Positions 50,600-59,457 of a stretch of 64,000 nucleotides of DNA are shown here, piece after piece (position 1 is the first letter of the stretch; each line of letters opens with the position of its first letter). The translations under genes and the position numbers were made by a program. The notes beneath the pieces are model-generated. The model made no database searches. It had not been told where the DNA came from and saw only the letters and a list, made by a program, of their open reading frames with translations. The stretch is from the sequence record SRR31156797_5909. One strand, given 5' to 3'.

Positions 50600-50744
50600 T
50601 TTTTATCTGTTATTTTTGTAAAAGATATGATTTAACTGAATACGGCACATATATTGCGATTCAGTCTTAAGTCGCCAAAAATACAAATAAAAGTACTATA
50701 TTCCCTAATCGAAACGAACTTCAAAACATTTTTTAAGTTCTTTT

Positions 50745-51926
50745 ATGAAGATTTTTCTAATGAACATTATTCCAAATAAAACTTTACGATCGCTAATCAA
50801 TAGAACATCAACAGGTTTCTGTCTACTTCTATTATTTTTATTTTCCGGAGCACATTCTATTGCTCAAGAAAATTCATACACATTAAAAACAGTAGTTATT
50901 GATGCTGGACATGGAGGTAAAGATCCTGGTGCCTTGGGAAAAGTTAGTCGTGAAAAAGATATTGTCCTAAATATCTCGCTAAAACTGGGAGGATATATTA
51001 AAAAATATTTCCCAAATGTTAAGGTAATTTATACTCGAAAAACAGATGTTTTTATTCCTTTAAACAGGCGATCCGAAATTGCAAATCAAAATAAAGCCGA
51101 TTTATTTATATCCATTCATGCTAATGCAAATAACAATTCTCGAATAAGAGGTACAGAAACATATACTTTAGGACTTCATAAAACAAAAGAAAATTTAGAG
51201 GTTGCGATGAAGGAGAATGCTGTAATTGAATATGAGGAAGATTACAGTACAAAATATGAAGGGTTTGATCCAAAAAATCCTGCGTCGTATATCATCTTTA
51301 ATATGATGCAAGGTGTTAATCGTGATAAGAGCATTAGTTTGGCAGAATTAACCGAACACCAATTTAAAACCAGAGTCGGAAGACATTCCAGAGGTGTGAG
51401 AGAAGCAGGATTCTGGGTATTAAAACAAGTAAGTATGCCTTCTATATTGGTTGAGGTTGGATTTGTTTCAAATCCTACAGAAGAAAAATATCTGAAAACA
51501 AAAAAAGGTCAGGATTATCTTGCCAGTGCTATTTTTAGAGCTTTTAGAGAATACAAAAACAAAATTGAAAAATCTTCGGTGATGTTAGCTGTTGAAGATA
51601 GTGTTGAAGTCCAAAATGACAAATCAAATTTGGTAATTTCAACAGAATCAAAAGAGGTGATAAATAAAGAACAGATTTTGGAGTATTGTGTACAATTAAA
51701 ATCATCAACAAAAAAAATTCCTGTTACATCCAGAGTATTTAAAAATATAGATGGAATAAAAGAAAGAAAAATTGATGGTATATATAAATATACCGTAGGA
51801 TCGACTAAAGATTTTAATACGATTGTAAAATTACAACAACAAGTAAGAAAGAAAATTAAAGATTGCTTTGTTGTGGCATTTTATAATGGGAAAAGAATTT
51901 CTCTATCAAAAGCCAAGGAACTTTAA
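50745..51926 (+). CDS. N-acetylmuramoyl-L-alanine amidase (Amidase_3) with C-terminal SPOR-like domain
   Basis: IDAGHGGKDPGA, EK, SIHAN and LVEVGF motifs. Confidence 0.93.
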   Translation: MKIFLMNIIPNKTLRSLINRTSTGFCLLLLFLFSGAHSIAQENSYTLKTVVIDAGHGGKDPGALGKVSREKDIVLNISLKLGGYIKKYFPNVKVIYTRKTDVFIPLNRRSEIANQNKADLFISIHANANNNSRIRGTETYTLGLHKTKENLEVAMKENAVIEYEEDYSTKYEGFDPKNPASYIIFNMMQGVNRDKSISLAELTEHQFKTRVGRHSRGVREAGFWVLKQVSMPSILVEVGFVSNPTEEKYLKTKKGQDYLASAIFRAFREYKNKIEKSSVMLAVEDSVEVQNDKSNLVISTESKEVINKEQILEYCVQLKSSTKKIPVTSRVFKNIDGIKERKIDGIYKYTVGSTKDFNTIVKLQQQVRKKIKDCFVVAFYNGKRISLSKAKEL

Positions 51927-51990
51927 AAAACATGAGTAGTTTTACATTAAGGAATCAAATTAATTTAATCGAAACATAATTATCATTCTC

Positions 51991-53220
51991 ATGAAATTCT
52001 CTAAAGATGCCATTATAGGTCTAGTTGTTGTTGGCGCCATTGTTGTTTTGATATGGGGGGTCAATTTTCTTAAAGGCTTTAACATGCTTTCATCGGAGCA
52101 AACTTATTGTGCCAAATATGAAAGTGTAGGTGGATTAAAAAATTCAAGTCCAGTTACTCTACGAGGATTAAAAATAGGACAGATTAAAAGCATTAAATTT
52201 AGCGATGCAGCAGCTTCCAGTTTAATTGTAGAATTTAATATCTCTGACGAATTTAAACTTCCTGCTAATACTATAGCGAGAATTATCAGTTCAGATATTA
52301 TGGGATCGAAAGAGATTAAATTGATTATTGGTGATTCAAAAAAAATTCTTCAACCCGGTGACACCTTACGCGGAAGTATTGAAGGAGATCTAAAAGAGCA
52401 AGTTAGTATGCAAATGCTGCCTTTAAAAAAGAAGGCAGAAAACCTGATGTCAAGTTTGGACTCTGTTCTTTCAGTAATACAATACGTATTTAATAAAGAT
52501 TCGAGAGAAAATCTTACTCGTAGTTTTAGTAGTATAGAACAAACATTTAAAAAACTTGAAAATACATCTGGAACATTAGATACCATTGTTACCAGTCAGA
52601 AAAGTCATATGGAGAACATTATTTCCAATGTCGATTCTATAACTAACAACCTAAGACAAAACAATGAGAATATCACTACCATTCTCACCAATTTTTCTTC
52701 AATCAGTGATTCGCTGTCGGCTGCAGATATAGCTCAAACTATAAATCACGCTAAACTTACTTTAAAACAAAGTAGTGAGATATTAGACAAAATTAATTCT
52801 GGTGAAGGGTCAATGGGTATGTTAATAAATAACGATACCTTATATATGAATATGGAGGCAGCATCGAACAGTTTGACCAATTTACTAATCGATTTAAAAA
52901 ACAATCCTAAAAAGTACATGCATTTTTCATTATTCGATACCGGTAAAACTGTTTATATGGATTCGAATAAAACCAAGAAGAAAAAAGATCTTGAGAAAAA
53001 TACAGAATATCGTGTACAAATAATGGCAGCCAATAAGCAAATACCTCTGGACTCGCCTTCTTTTAAAGGTTTCAAGAATATTAATGAGATCTATTACAAT
53101 GGAAGATATAAATATACAGTTGGTAACACGAAAAACTATAAAGAGATTATAAGAAAACTTAAAAGAATTAAGACTGATTTTCCGGATGCCTTTATTATTA
53201 AAATAACACCTGAGGAATAA
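51991..53220 (+). CDS. MCE/MlaD family protein with C-terminal SPOR-like extension
   Basis: N-terminal TM helix; GL..SSPV..RGLKIG MCE motif; long helical region; DLKNNPKKY; extra 70-aa tail similar to the amidase C-terminus. Confidence 0.88.
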   Translation: MKFSKDAIIGLVVVGAIVVLIWGVNFLKGFNMLSSEQTYCAKYESVGGLKNSSPVTLRGLKIGQIKSIKFSDAAASSLIVEFNISDEFKLPANTIARIISSDIMGSKEIKLIIGDSKKILQPGDTLRGSIEGDLKEQVSMQMLPLKKKAENLMSSLDSVLSVIQYVFNKDSRENLTRSFSSIEQTFKKLENTSGTLDTIVTSQKSHMENIISNVDSITNNLRQNNENITTILTNFSSISDSLSAADIAQTINHAKLTLKQSSEILDKINSGEGSMGMLINNDTLYMNMEAASNSLTNLLIDLKNNPKKYMHFSLFDTGKTVYMDSNKTKKKKDLEKNTEYRVQIMAANKQIPLDSPSFKGFKNINEIYYNGRYKYTVGNTKNYKEIIRKLKRIKTDFPDAFIIKITPEE

Positions 53221-53330
53221 TAAAAATTTAACAGATTTAATTATAGTAAAATAAAAAACAGTTAAGCCCCTGAGTTTATTGATCTAAGAGTTACAACTAG
53301 TAAATTCTTAACCACCCCGGTTTTATGTTT

Positions 53331-53338
53331 TATATTTG
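53331..53338 (+). promoter_or_regulatory. -7 promoter box upstream of dnaA
   Basis: TATATTTG, 270 nt before the ATG. Confidence 0.45.
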
Positions 53339-53608
53339 TTTAATTCTAAACAAGATTTTAAGACAAAAAAGTATGAATAAGGAAATGACTAACAACCAGA
53401 AACTTAAACTATCAATCGCTTCAATTAATTGATTTTCAGCCATTTGGTTTTTTTCTATTTTTTTTCATTTTTGTATCCCTTAATAATAGTAGGATAAGAA
53501 ATGTTTTCAGAAAGTCAAGAGCTAAATAATTTTTTTTCTTTTTTTTTTTCACAATCTTGCATAAGCAAATTTAGACACACCCTAATTTTTTAAAACGCTG
53601 AAATAGAA

Positions 53609-55039
53609 ATGAATAATAATCACTTCCAGGTTTGGAATAATTGCTTGGCTGTAATAAAAGACAATGTTCCTCCAATAAGCTTCAAAACATGGTTCGAGCC
53701 CATCGCACCTTTGAACTTGGAGAATCAGATCTTAACATTACAAGTTCCAAGTCACTTTTTTTATGAGTATCTGGAGGAGCAATACATTGATATCCTGAGA
53801 AAAACGCTACGAAAAGAAATTGGGAATGGCGCTAAACTGGAGTACAATGTAGTGATGGAAAACAATCACATAGAAAATTCAAAACCTGTTTCAGTTGTTG
53901 TTCCTGGTAATAATGGAACAAATACAAAAAATCGTCCGGTTCACATGTCTTCTGATAAAGAAGAGCAGACCATTCGAAATCCTTTTGTAATTCCAGGCAT
54001 TAAAAAATTACATATCGATTCTCAGCTAAATCCAGATTATTCATTCAATAATTTTATTGAAGGGGAATGTAACCGATTGGCTAGATCAGCGGGTGTTGCT
54101 GTTGCTGAAAATCCTGGAGGTACTGCCTTTAACCCTCTTGTATTATATGGAGATTCAGGTTTAGGTAAAACTCACCTTGCACAAGCAATTGGTTTAAAAA
54201 CCAAAGAATTGTATCAGGAAAAAACGGTACTTTATGTAAGTGCTAATAAATTCCAAACTCAGTTTACCGAGGCAATTCGTAATAATAACAAAAATGATTT
54301 TCTTCACTTCTATCAAATGATTGATGTCTTAATTATTGATGACATTCAAGAACTTGCTGGTAAAGAGAAAACTCAAAATACATTCTTTCATATCTTTAAT
54401 CATTTGCACCAATCAGGTAAGCAGTTAATTCTTACTTCGGATAAAGCGCCTATTGAATTGAAGGGAATGGAAAACCGATTGTTATCACGATTTAAGTGGG
54501 GACTTTCTGCAGATCTTCAAAATCCGGATTACGAAACAAGAGTTCGTATTTTGCAACAAAAAGCATACAAAGATGGAATTGTTTTAGACAATGAAGTAAT
54601 TGAATATATTGCCAGTAATGTTACCAATAATGTTAGAGAACTTGAAGGTGCACTAATTTCATTATTAGCACAATCAACACTTAATAAAAAAGAGTTAAAT
54701 CTTGAATTGGCAATGTCAATTATCGATAAGTTGGTGAAAAACACTAAACGCGAACTTTCTATCGATTACATACAGAAAGTGGTTTGCGATCATTTCTCAT
54801 TACCAATTGATGTATTACAAGCCAAAACAAGAAAAAGAGAAATTGTACAAGCACGTCAAATTGCTATGTATTTCTCTAAAACTTTGACAAAAGCTTCACT
54901 TGCATCCATCGGATCTCAAATTGGGAACAAAGATCACGCTACTGTATTGCACGCTTGCAAAACTGTAAACAACTTAATAGATACAGATCGAGGATTTAAG
55001 ACTCAAATTGATGAAATTGACAAAAAATTAAAAATGTAG
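53609..55039 (+). CDS. dnaA: Chromosomal replication initiator DnaA
   Basis: FNPLVLYGDSGLGKTHL, IDDIQ, RLLSRF, NVRELEGAL, RQIAMY and KDHATVLHA motifs. Confidence 0.98.
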   Translation: MNNNHFQVWNNCLAVIKDNVPPISFKTWFEPIAPLNLENQILTLQVPSHFFYEYLEEQYIDILRKTLRKEIGNGAKLEYNVVMENNHIENSKPVSVVVPGNNGTNTKNRPVHMSSDKEEQTIRNPFVIPGIKKLHIDSQLNPDYSFNNFIEGECNRLARSAGVAVAENPGGTAFNPLVLYGDSGLGKTHLAQAIGLKTKELYQEKTVLYVSANKFQTQFTEAIRNNNKNDFLHFYQMIDVLIIDDIQELAGKEKTQNTFFHIFNHLHQSGKQLILTSDKAPIELKGMENRLLSRFKWGLSADLQNPDYETRVRILQQKAYKDGIVLDNEVIEYIASNVTNNVRELEGALISLLAQSTLNKKELNLELAMSIIDKLVKNTKRELSIDYIQKVVCDHFSLPIDVLQAKTRKREIVQARQIAMYFSKTLTKASLASIGSQIGNKDHATVLHACKTVNNLIDTDRGFKTQIDEIDKKLKM

Positions 55040-55072
55040 TTCTATTTCTAACTACTATATTGCTACCCTGAG

Positions 55073-55105
55073 AAGCAGATTCGTCCAGAATCTGCTTTTC
55101 TTTTT
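55073..55105 (+). terminator. Intrinsic terminator after dnaA
   Basis: AAGCAGATTC/GAATCTGCTT stem plus T-run. Confidence 0.8.
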
Positions 55106-55148
55106 GGTATCGGTTAAAATTCAACTATTTTGCGCAAAATTTACAACT

Positions 55149-56009
55149 ATGCTAAACCTACTCTTTGCTATACTTTCATCAGCCGGAATTTTCGTATGCT
55201 TTAAATATTTGGAAAAATTTAAAGTAGATATTTTACTGGCTATTATAATTAACTATATAACTGCCGCACTTTGCGGTTATTTTTTATCCAATTCTGAATT
55301 TCATATTCAAAGCATTATCCAGCAACCTTGGTTTATTCCTTCCATTGTAATTGGAATTCTATTTATTGTTGTATTCTTTATTATTGGCAGATCAACTCAA
55401 AAAGCAGGATTATCAGTGACAACTTTGGCGAGCAAAATGTCATTTGTTCTACCTATGATTTTCTCTATTGCATATTACAGTGAACATCTAAATATCCAAA
55501 AAGCTATTGGCTTTGTACTTGCAATAAGTGCTGTCTTATTAAGTATCTACAAGGAAAAACATGATACATTAAATCGCAAATATATATGGCTCCCTATCCT
55601 ACTTTTCTTTGGAGCAGGAACAGTTGATTCATTGGTAAAGTACGCACAGGAAGAATTCCTTAGCTCTGGAGGAAAAGAAGAATTTTCAACCCTACTATTT
55701 GCAATTGCAGCCGTTGCCGGATTGATCGCATTACTTATCCGAAAAGAAAATCTTCTAAAATTATTTCAAACAAAAATACTAATTGGAGGATGTATTTTAG
55801 GACTTGTTAATTATGGATCACTTTACTTTCTTATTGCTTCATTAAATGAGTCGGGATACGATAGTTCAGTTGTGTTTAGCATTATAAATATTGGAATAGT
55901 AGCACTATCAGTAGTAATAGGCATTGGAATTTTTAAAGAAAAACTGAACAAAATTAATGTATTGGGCATTGTACTGGCATTTATTGCTATTTTTATCCTT
56001 ACAAATTAA
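55149..56009 (+). CDS. DMT/EamA family transporter
   Basis: About 10 TM segments in two repeats; FKEKL motif; probable ATG at 55149. Confidence 0.8.
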   Translation: MLNLLFAILSSAGIFVCFKYLEKFKVDILLAIIINYITAALCGYFLSNSEFHIQSIIQQPWFIPSIVIGILFIVVFFIIGRSTQKAGLSVTTLASKMSFVLPMIFSIAYYSEHLNIQKAIGFVLAISAVLLSIYKEKHDTLNRKYIWLPILLFFGAGTVDSLVKYAQEEFLSSGGKEEFSTLLFAIAAVAGLIALLIRKENLLKLFQTKILIGGCILGLVNYGSLYFLIASLNESGYDSSVVFSIINIGIVALSVVIGIGIFKEKLNKINVLGIVLAFIAIFILTN

Positions 56010-56029
56010 ACAACAAGATTACCCGATTC

Positions 56030-56641
56030 ATGAGTGACGACACTTACAAAACCATAGCCGAAAAATCGGAAGGAATTTACAAAGAGAAGGGAAGTAAATT
56101 TATTGCCTATGCCTACCCTGTAAGTTCCGAAGAGGAGATAAAAGAGCACATTGCAAAGCTAAAAAAAGAGTATTACGATGCTCGTCATCATTGCTATGCC
56201 TACATGCTTGGAGCAGATAAAAAAAATTTTAGAGCCAACGATGATGGTGAACCTTCTTCAACTGCAGGAAAACCAATTTTGGGGCAAATTCTATCGAATG
56301 ACCTTACCAATATTCTTATTGTTGTAATTCGTTATTTTGGTGGTACAAAATTAGGCGTAAGCGGATTGATCCATGCCTACAAGACAGCTGCTGCGGAGAC
56401 AATCGAAAATGCAGAAATTCTAGATAAAACTGTAAATGATATTTACGAGATTCACTTCGATTATTTGGTGATGAATGATATTATGAAGATTATTAAGGAT
56501 GATCAACCAGAACAATTGGGGCAAGATTTTAACCTAACCTGTAAAATCACTTTAAGCATTCGTCAAAGCGAAGTGGATCGAATTATCGAAAAATTTAAAA
56601 AAATTACAAGTGTAAAAGCAGAGTACATTCGCACAATATAA
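56030..56641 (+). CDS. yigZ: YigZ/IMPACT family protein
   Basis: KGSKFIAY, ARHHCYAY, DDGEP and RYFGGTKLG motifs. Confidence 0.93.
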   Translation: MSDDTYKTIAEKSEGIYKEKGSKFIAYAYPVSSEEEIKEHIAKLKKEYYDARHHCYAYMLGADKKNFRANDDGEPSSTAGKPILGQILSNDLTNILIVVIRYFGGTKLGVSGLIHAYKTAAAETIENAEILDKTVNDIYEIHFDYLVMNDIMKIIKDDQPEQLGQDFNLTCKITLSIRQSEVDRIIEKFKKITSVKAEYIRTI

Positions 56642-56729
56642 CTATTTCACAATCTACGTTATAGATGTAATCAGTAAAATTAATACAAAGCCAATATTGT
56701 AAGATTGTTAATAATTAATCTAATTCCAA

Positions 56730-56762
56730 TTTGATTTCTAGGAAAATTTATGCCTATATTTG
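56730..56762 (+). promoter_or_regulatory. pyrBI promoter (-33 TTTG, -7 TATATTTG)
   Basis: TTTG at 56730-56733 and TATATTTG at 56755-56762, with a 21-nt spacer. Confidence 0.7.
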
Positions 56763-56771
56763 TGATCTAGA

Positions 56772-57050
56772 ATGGAGACACTATTAATTCAATCTAGAGC
56801 CACACAATTTTACAATAGAAGTAAAAATCTTTACTTCTTAGCTCACATTTTCCATTATTTATTTCGAAGTAAACATGAATTAAAGGACAATTGCCGATTT
56901 CGTTATTTTGGTGATTTACCTCAAAAATATTTTTCAAAAAAACCAACATTACCATCTATTTCGGTAATTGTTGGTTTTTTTTGTGCCAAGATTCAAACAA
57001 TCATTTTATATACACTTTTAATTTTTAATCAATGGATAACAAAAGTTTAG
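56772..57050 (+). CDS. Candidate pyrL-like leader peptide (92 aa)
   Basis: ATG 9 nt after the -7 box with A at -3; crosses the leader terminator and overlaps the pyrB start by 19 nt; no recognisable homology. Confidence 0.4.
   Translation: METLLIQSRATQFYNRSKNLYFLAHIFHYLFRSKHELKDNCRFRYFGDLPQKYFSKKPTLPSISVIVGFFCAKIQTIILYTLLIFNQWITKV
56936..56982 (+). terminator. Attenuator terminator in the pyrBI leader
   Basis: CCAACATTACC/GGTAA(T)TGTTGG stem plus T8, about 50 nt upstream of the pyrB ATG and downstream of the promoter. Confidence 0.75.
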
Positions 57051-57937
57051 TATCGATCGACGACTACACAAAGGAAGAAATCCTGGAAGTTTTAGCCAGA
57101 GCTGCCGAATTCGAAAAAAATCCGAACTGCAACCTTTTGGAAGGGAAAGTTGTAGCTTCTTTGTTTTTCGAACCATCTACCCGTACCCGATTGAGCTTTG
57201 AAACTGCCATTAGCCGCATGGGAGGTAAAATCGTGGGATTTACCGATTCCTCATCATCGAGTGTTACCAAAGGTGAAACCTTGAAAGATACCACTAAAAT
57301 GGTAAGCAACTATTGCGATTTAGTTGTAATGCGCCATCCAATTGAAGGTTCAGCACGCTATGCTTCCGAAGTATCCGAAGTTCCGGTGATTAATGCAGGA
57401 GATGGAGCCAACCAGCACCCAACTCAAACCATGCTCGATTTGTATTCTATCTACAAAACGCAGGGCACACTTGAAAACCTAAACATTTTTATGGTTGGTG
57501 ATTTGAAATATGGTAGAACCGTTCACTCCCTATTAATGGCTATGTCTCACTTTAATCCTACCTTCCATTTTATTGCTCCTAAAGAACTTGAAATTCCATT
57601 GGCCTACAAGATCTTTATGGATAAGAACAACATCAAATACCAGGAACATACCGAATTTGATGATATCATTAACGATGCAGATATTTTATACATGACTCGT
57701 GTTCAACGCGAACGTTTTGCAGATCCGTTGGAGTATGAGAAAGTAAAAAATGTTTACATTCTTAAAAATGACATGCTTGAGAATACCAAAGACAATCTGA
57801 GAATTCTTCATCCACTGCCAAGAGTAAACGAAATTGCTGTTGACGTAGATAGCAATCCTAAGGCCTACTATTTTGAACAAGCTTTAAACGGCGTGTATGC
57901 ACGTCAGGCAATTATTGCTAAAGCTCTTGATCTTTAA
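57032..57937 (+). CDS. pyrB: Aspartate carbamoyltransferase catalytic chain
   Basis: [35 protein letters not shown] and HPLPR motifs. Confidence 0.98.
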   Translation: MDNKSLVSIDDYTKEEILEVLARAAEFEKNPNCNLLEGKVVASLFFEPSTRTRLSFETAISRMGGKIVGFTDSSSSSVTKGETLKDTTKMVSNYCDLVVMRHPIEGSARYASEVSEVPVINAGDGANQHPTQTMLDLYSIYKTQGTLENLNIFMVGDLKYGRTVHSLLMAMSHFNPTFHFIAPKELEIPLAYKIFMDKNNIKYQEHTEFDDIINDADILYMTRVQRERFADPLEYEKVKNVYILKNDMLENTKDNLRILHPLPRVNEIAVDVDSNPKAYYFEQALNGVYARQAIIAKALDL

Positions 57938-57970
57938 ACCCATTTCTCACGCTAAAAAGAACATCAAAAT

Positions 57971-58429
57971 ATGAATGCTAAAAAAGAATTACAAGTAAGT
58001 GCGATCGAAAACGGAACTGTAATTGACCACATTCCTGCAGAATATTTATTTCAAGTAATTAACATTCTTGGTTTAGATAAGTGTCCTAACTCTGTAACTT
58101 TTGGAAACAACCTGGAGAGTAAAATTTTAGGTAAAAAATCAATCATTAAGATTGCAGAGAAGTTTTTCGAAGATGAAGAGATCAATAAAATATCTTTAAT
58201 TGCTCCTCATGCAAAACTAAATATCATTAAAAATTACCAGGTAGTTGAAAAGAAGATTGTAGAAACTCCTAAAAAGGTAGTAGGAATTGCGAAGTGTATG
58301 AATCCAAAATGCATAACTAATGTAGAGGCAGTAACAACACGCTTTAAGGTGATTGAAGACTCTCCTATTACATTGAAATGCCACTATTGTGAAAAAATTA
58401 CGGATCACAAGCACATTGAAATCATTTAA
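57971..58429 (+). CDS. pyrI: Aspartate carbamoyltransferase regulatory chain
   Basis: GTVIDHI motif; CMNPKC and CHYC zinc ligands. Confidence 0.97.
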   Translation: MNAKKELQVSAIENGTVIDHIPAEYLFQVINILGLDKCPNSVTFGNNLESKILGKKSIIKIAEKFFEDEEINKISLIAPHAKLNIIKNYQVVEKKIVETPKKVVGIAKCMNPKCITNVEAVTTRFKVIEDSPITLKCHYCEKITDHKHIEII

Positions 58430-58454
58430 TTGTTTTGTGATTTTCTTGTTAGTG

Positions 58455-58484
58455 AAAGAAGTCCTTAGGGACTTCTTTTTTTTT
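58455..58484 (+). terminator. Intrinsic terminator after pyrI, abutting the TACCTTTG -7 box (58484-58491) of the next gene
   Basis: AAAGAAGTCC/GGACTTCTTT stem plus T-run. Confidence 0.8.
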
Positions 58485-58528
58485 ACCTTTGCAGCGAATA
58501 TAAAATCAGTACAATCTCATCAATACTT

Positions 58529-59188
58529 ATGAATTCAAAAGTTGAACATTTAAGAGATACAATTTCAGAGGCGATAGAACTAGGGCAGAATGGAAAAATA
58601 AGAGCTGGAAAAGAAGCGCTTCGATTCATTTACAAAGAGATAAAAGAAGATCCTTTTGTACTGTGGAATGATGCCTTTGTTTCTCAATTGGGTAAATCAA
58701 TCATCATGATGATTCATTGGGATTTGATTGACGAAGAAGAAGAGAATATTGGCTTGGCTCACCTTGCCTACCTGTATATTAGTAAAGCCATTGAGGAAGA
58801 AGAAAAACGAAGCCCGGAAGTTGATAGTTGTGAATTGTTTCGATTGAGAAAAGACCGAATTATTGTGATGAAAAGTTTCGATGATTTTTTTGTTGATAGC
58901 CTGCAAGATTTCTATTTTTCGGATAATAAAGCTGGCGATTTAGACACCCACAACGAGCAACGCAAAATAGTTTTGGCTAGACTTCCCTTCATGCAATTTT
59001 CTGATATTTACAATATAGAACAAGATTACCCAAATCTTCGTGATGATGAATTCCTACTTGATCTGGCAAACTATATTGAACACGAGCAAGAATTCACCAA
59101 CGAGCATTTAAAAGAAGCATTTTTACTTCACCAGATTCTCTTTAAAAGCACTTTTGAAAAGTTAAAAAAAGAAGAATTGATTTACTAG
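58529..59188 (+). CDS. Hypothetical acidic, probably helical cytoplasmic protein
   Basis: 219-aa ORF with its own promoter box and terminator; no recognised motif. Confidence 0.75.
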   Translation: MNSKVEHLRDTISEAIELGQNGKIRAGKEALRFIYKEIKEDPFVLWNDAFVSQLGKSIIMMIHWDLIDEEEENIGLAHLAYLYISKAIEEEEKRSPEVDSCELFRLRKDRIIVMKSFDDFFVDSLQDFYFSDNKAGDLDTHNEQRKIVLARLPFMQFSDIYNIEQDYPNLRDDEFLLDLANYIEHEQEFTNEHLKEAFLLHQILFKSTFEKLKKEELIY

Positions 59189-59222
59189 CTAAATACAATT
59201 CCAGATATATAATTGATATGAT

Positions 59223-59255
59223 AGAGGCGTAAAATATTATGTCTCTTTTTTTTTT
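59223..59255 (+). terminator. REP-like hairpin acting as terminator
   Basis: AGAGGCGTAA/TTATGTCTCT (two G-U pairs) plus T-run. Confidence 0.6.
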
Positions 59256-59457
59256 GCAGCCAACATTACAATAAAAAAAAGACTTTTTTATCTGCAAAAC
59301 ATATTTTTCCTACCAACTTGAAATTATTATTTCTATCTTAATGCTTGATTTCACGGGGAGTTCGAAAACCGACTGAATTTCGCCCCAACTGACATTGTTT
59401 TAATCTACCTACTAATGTCTGAATATCAGTCAAAAAACAATAAACACAAACATTTTT

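Noticed and set aside
53221-53608. oriC upstream of dnaA
   Set aside because: Only one relaxed DnaA box plus weak matches, and no dnaN adjacent; whole-genome GC skew would be needed.
56772-56935. PyrR-binding RNA element
   Set aside because: No AGUCCnGnGAGGCU-like loop found.
59352-59430. TPP, ZTP or yybP-ykoY riboswitch
   Set aside because: It shares only GGGGAG/CACGGGGAG fragments; CUGAGA, the pyrophosphate helix and the other conserved cores are missing.
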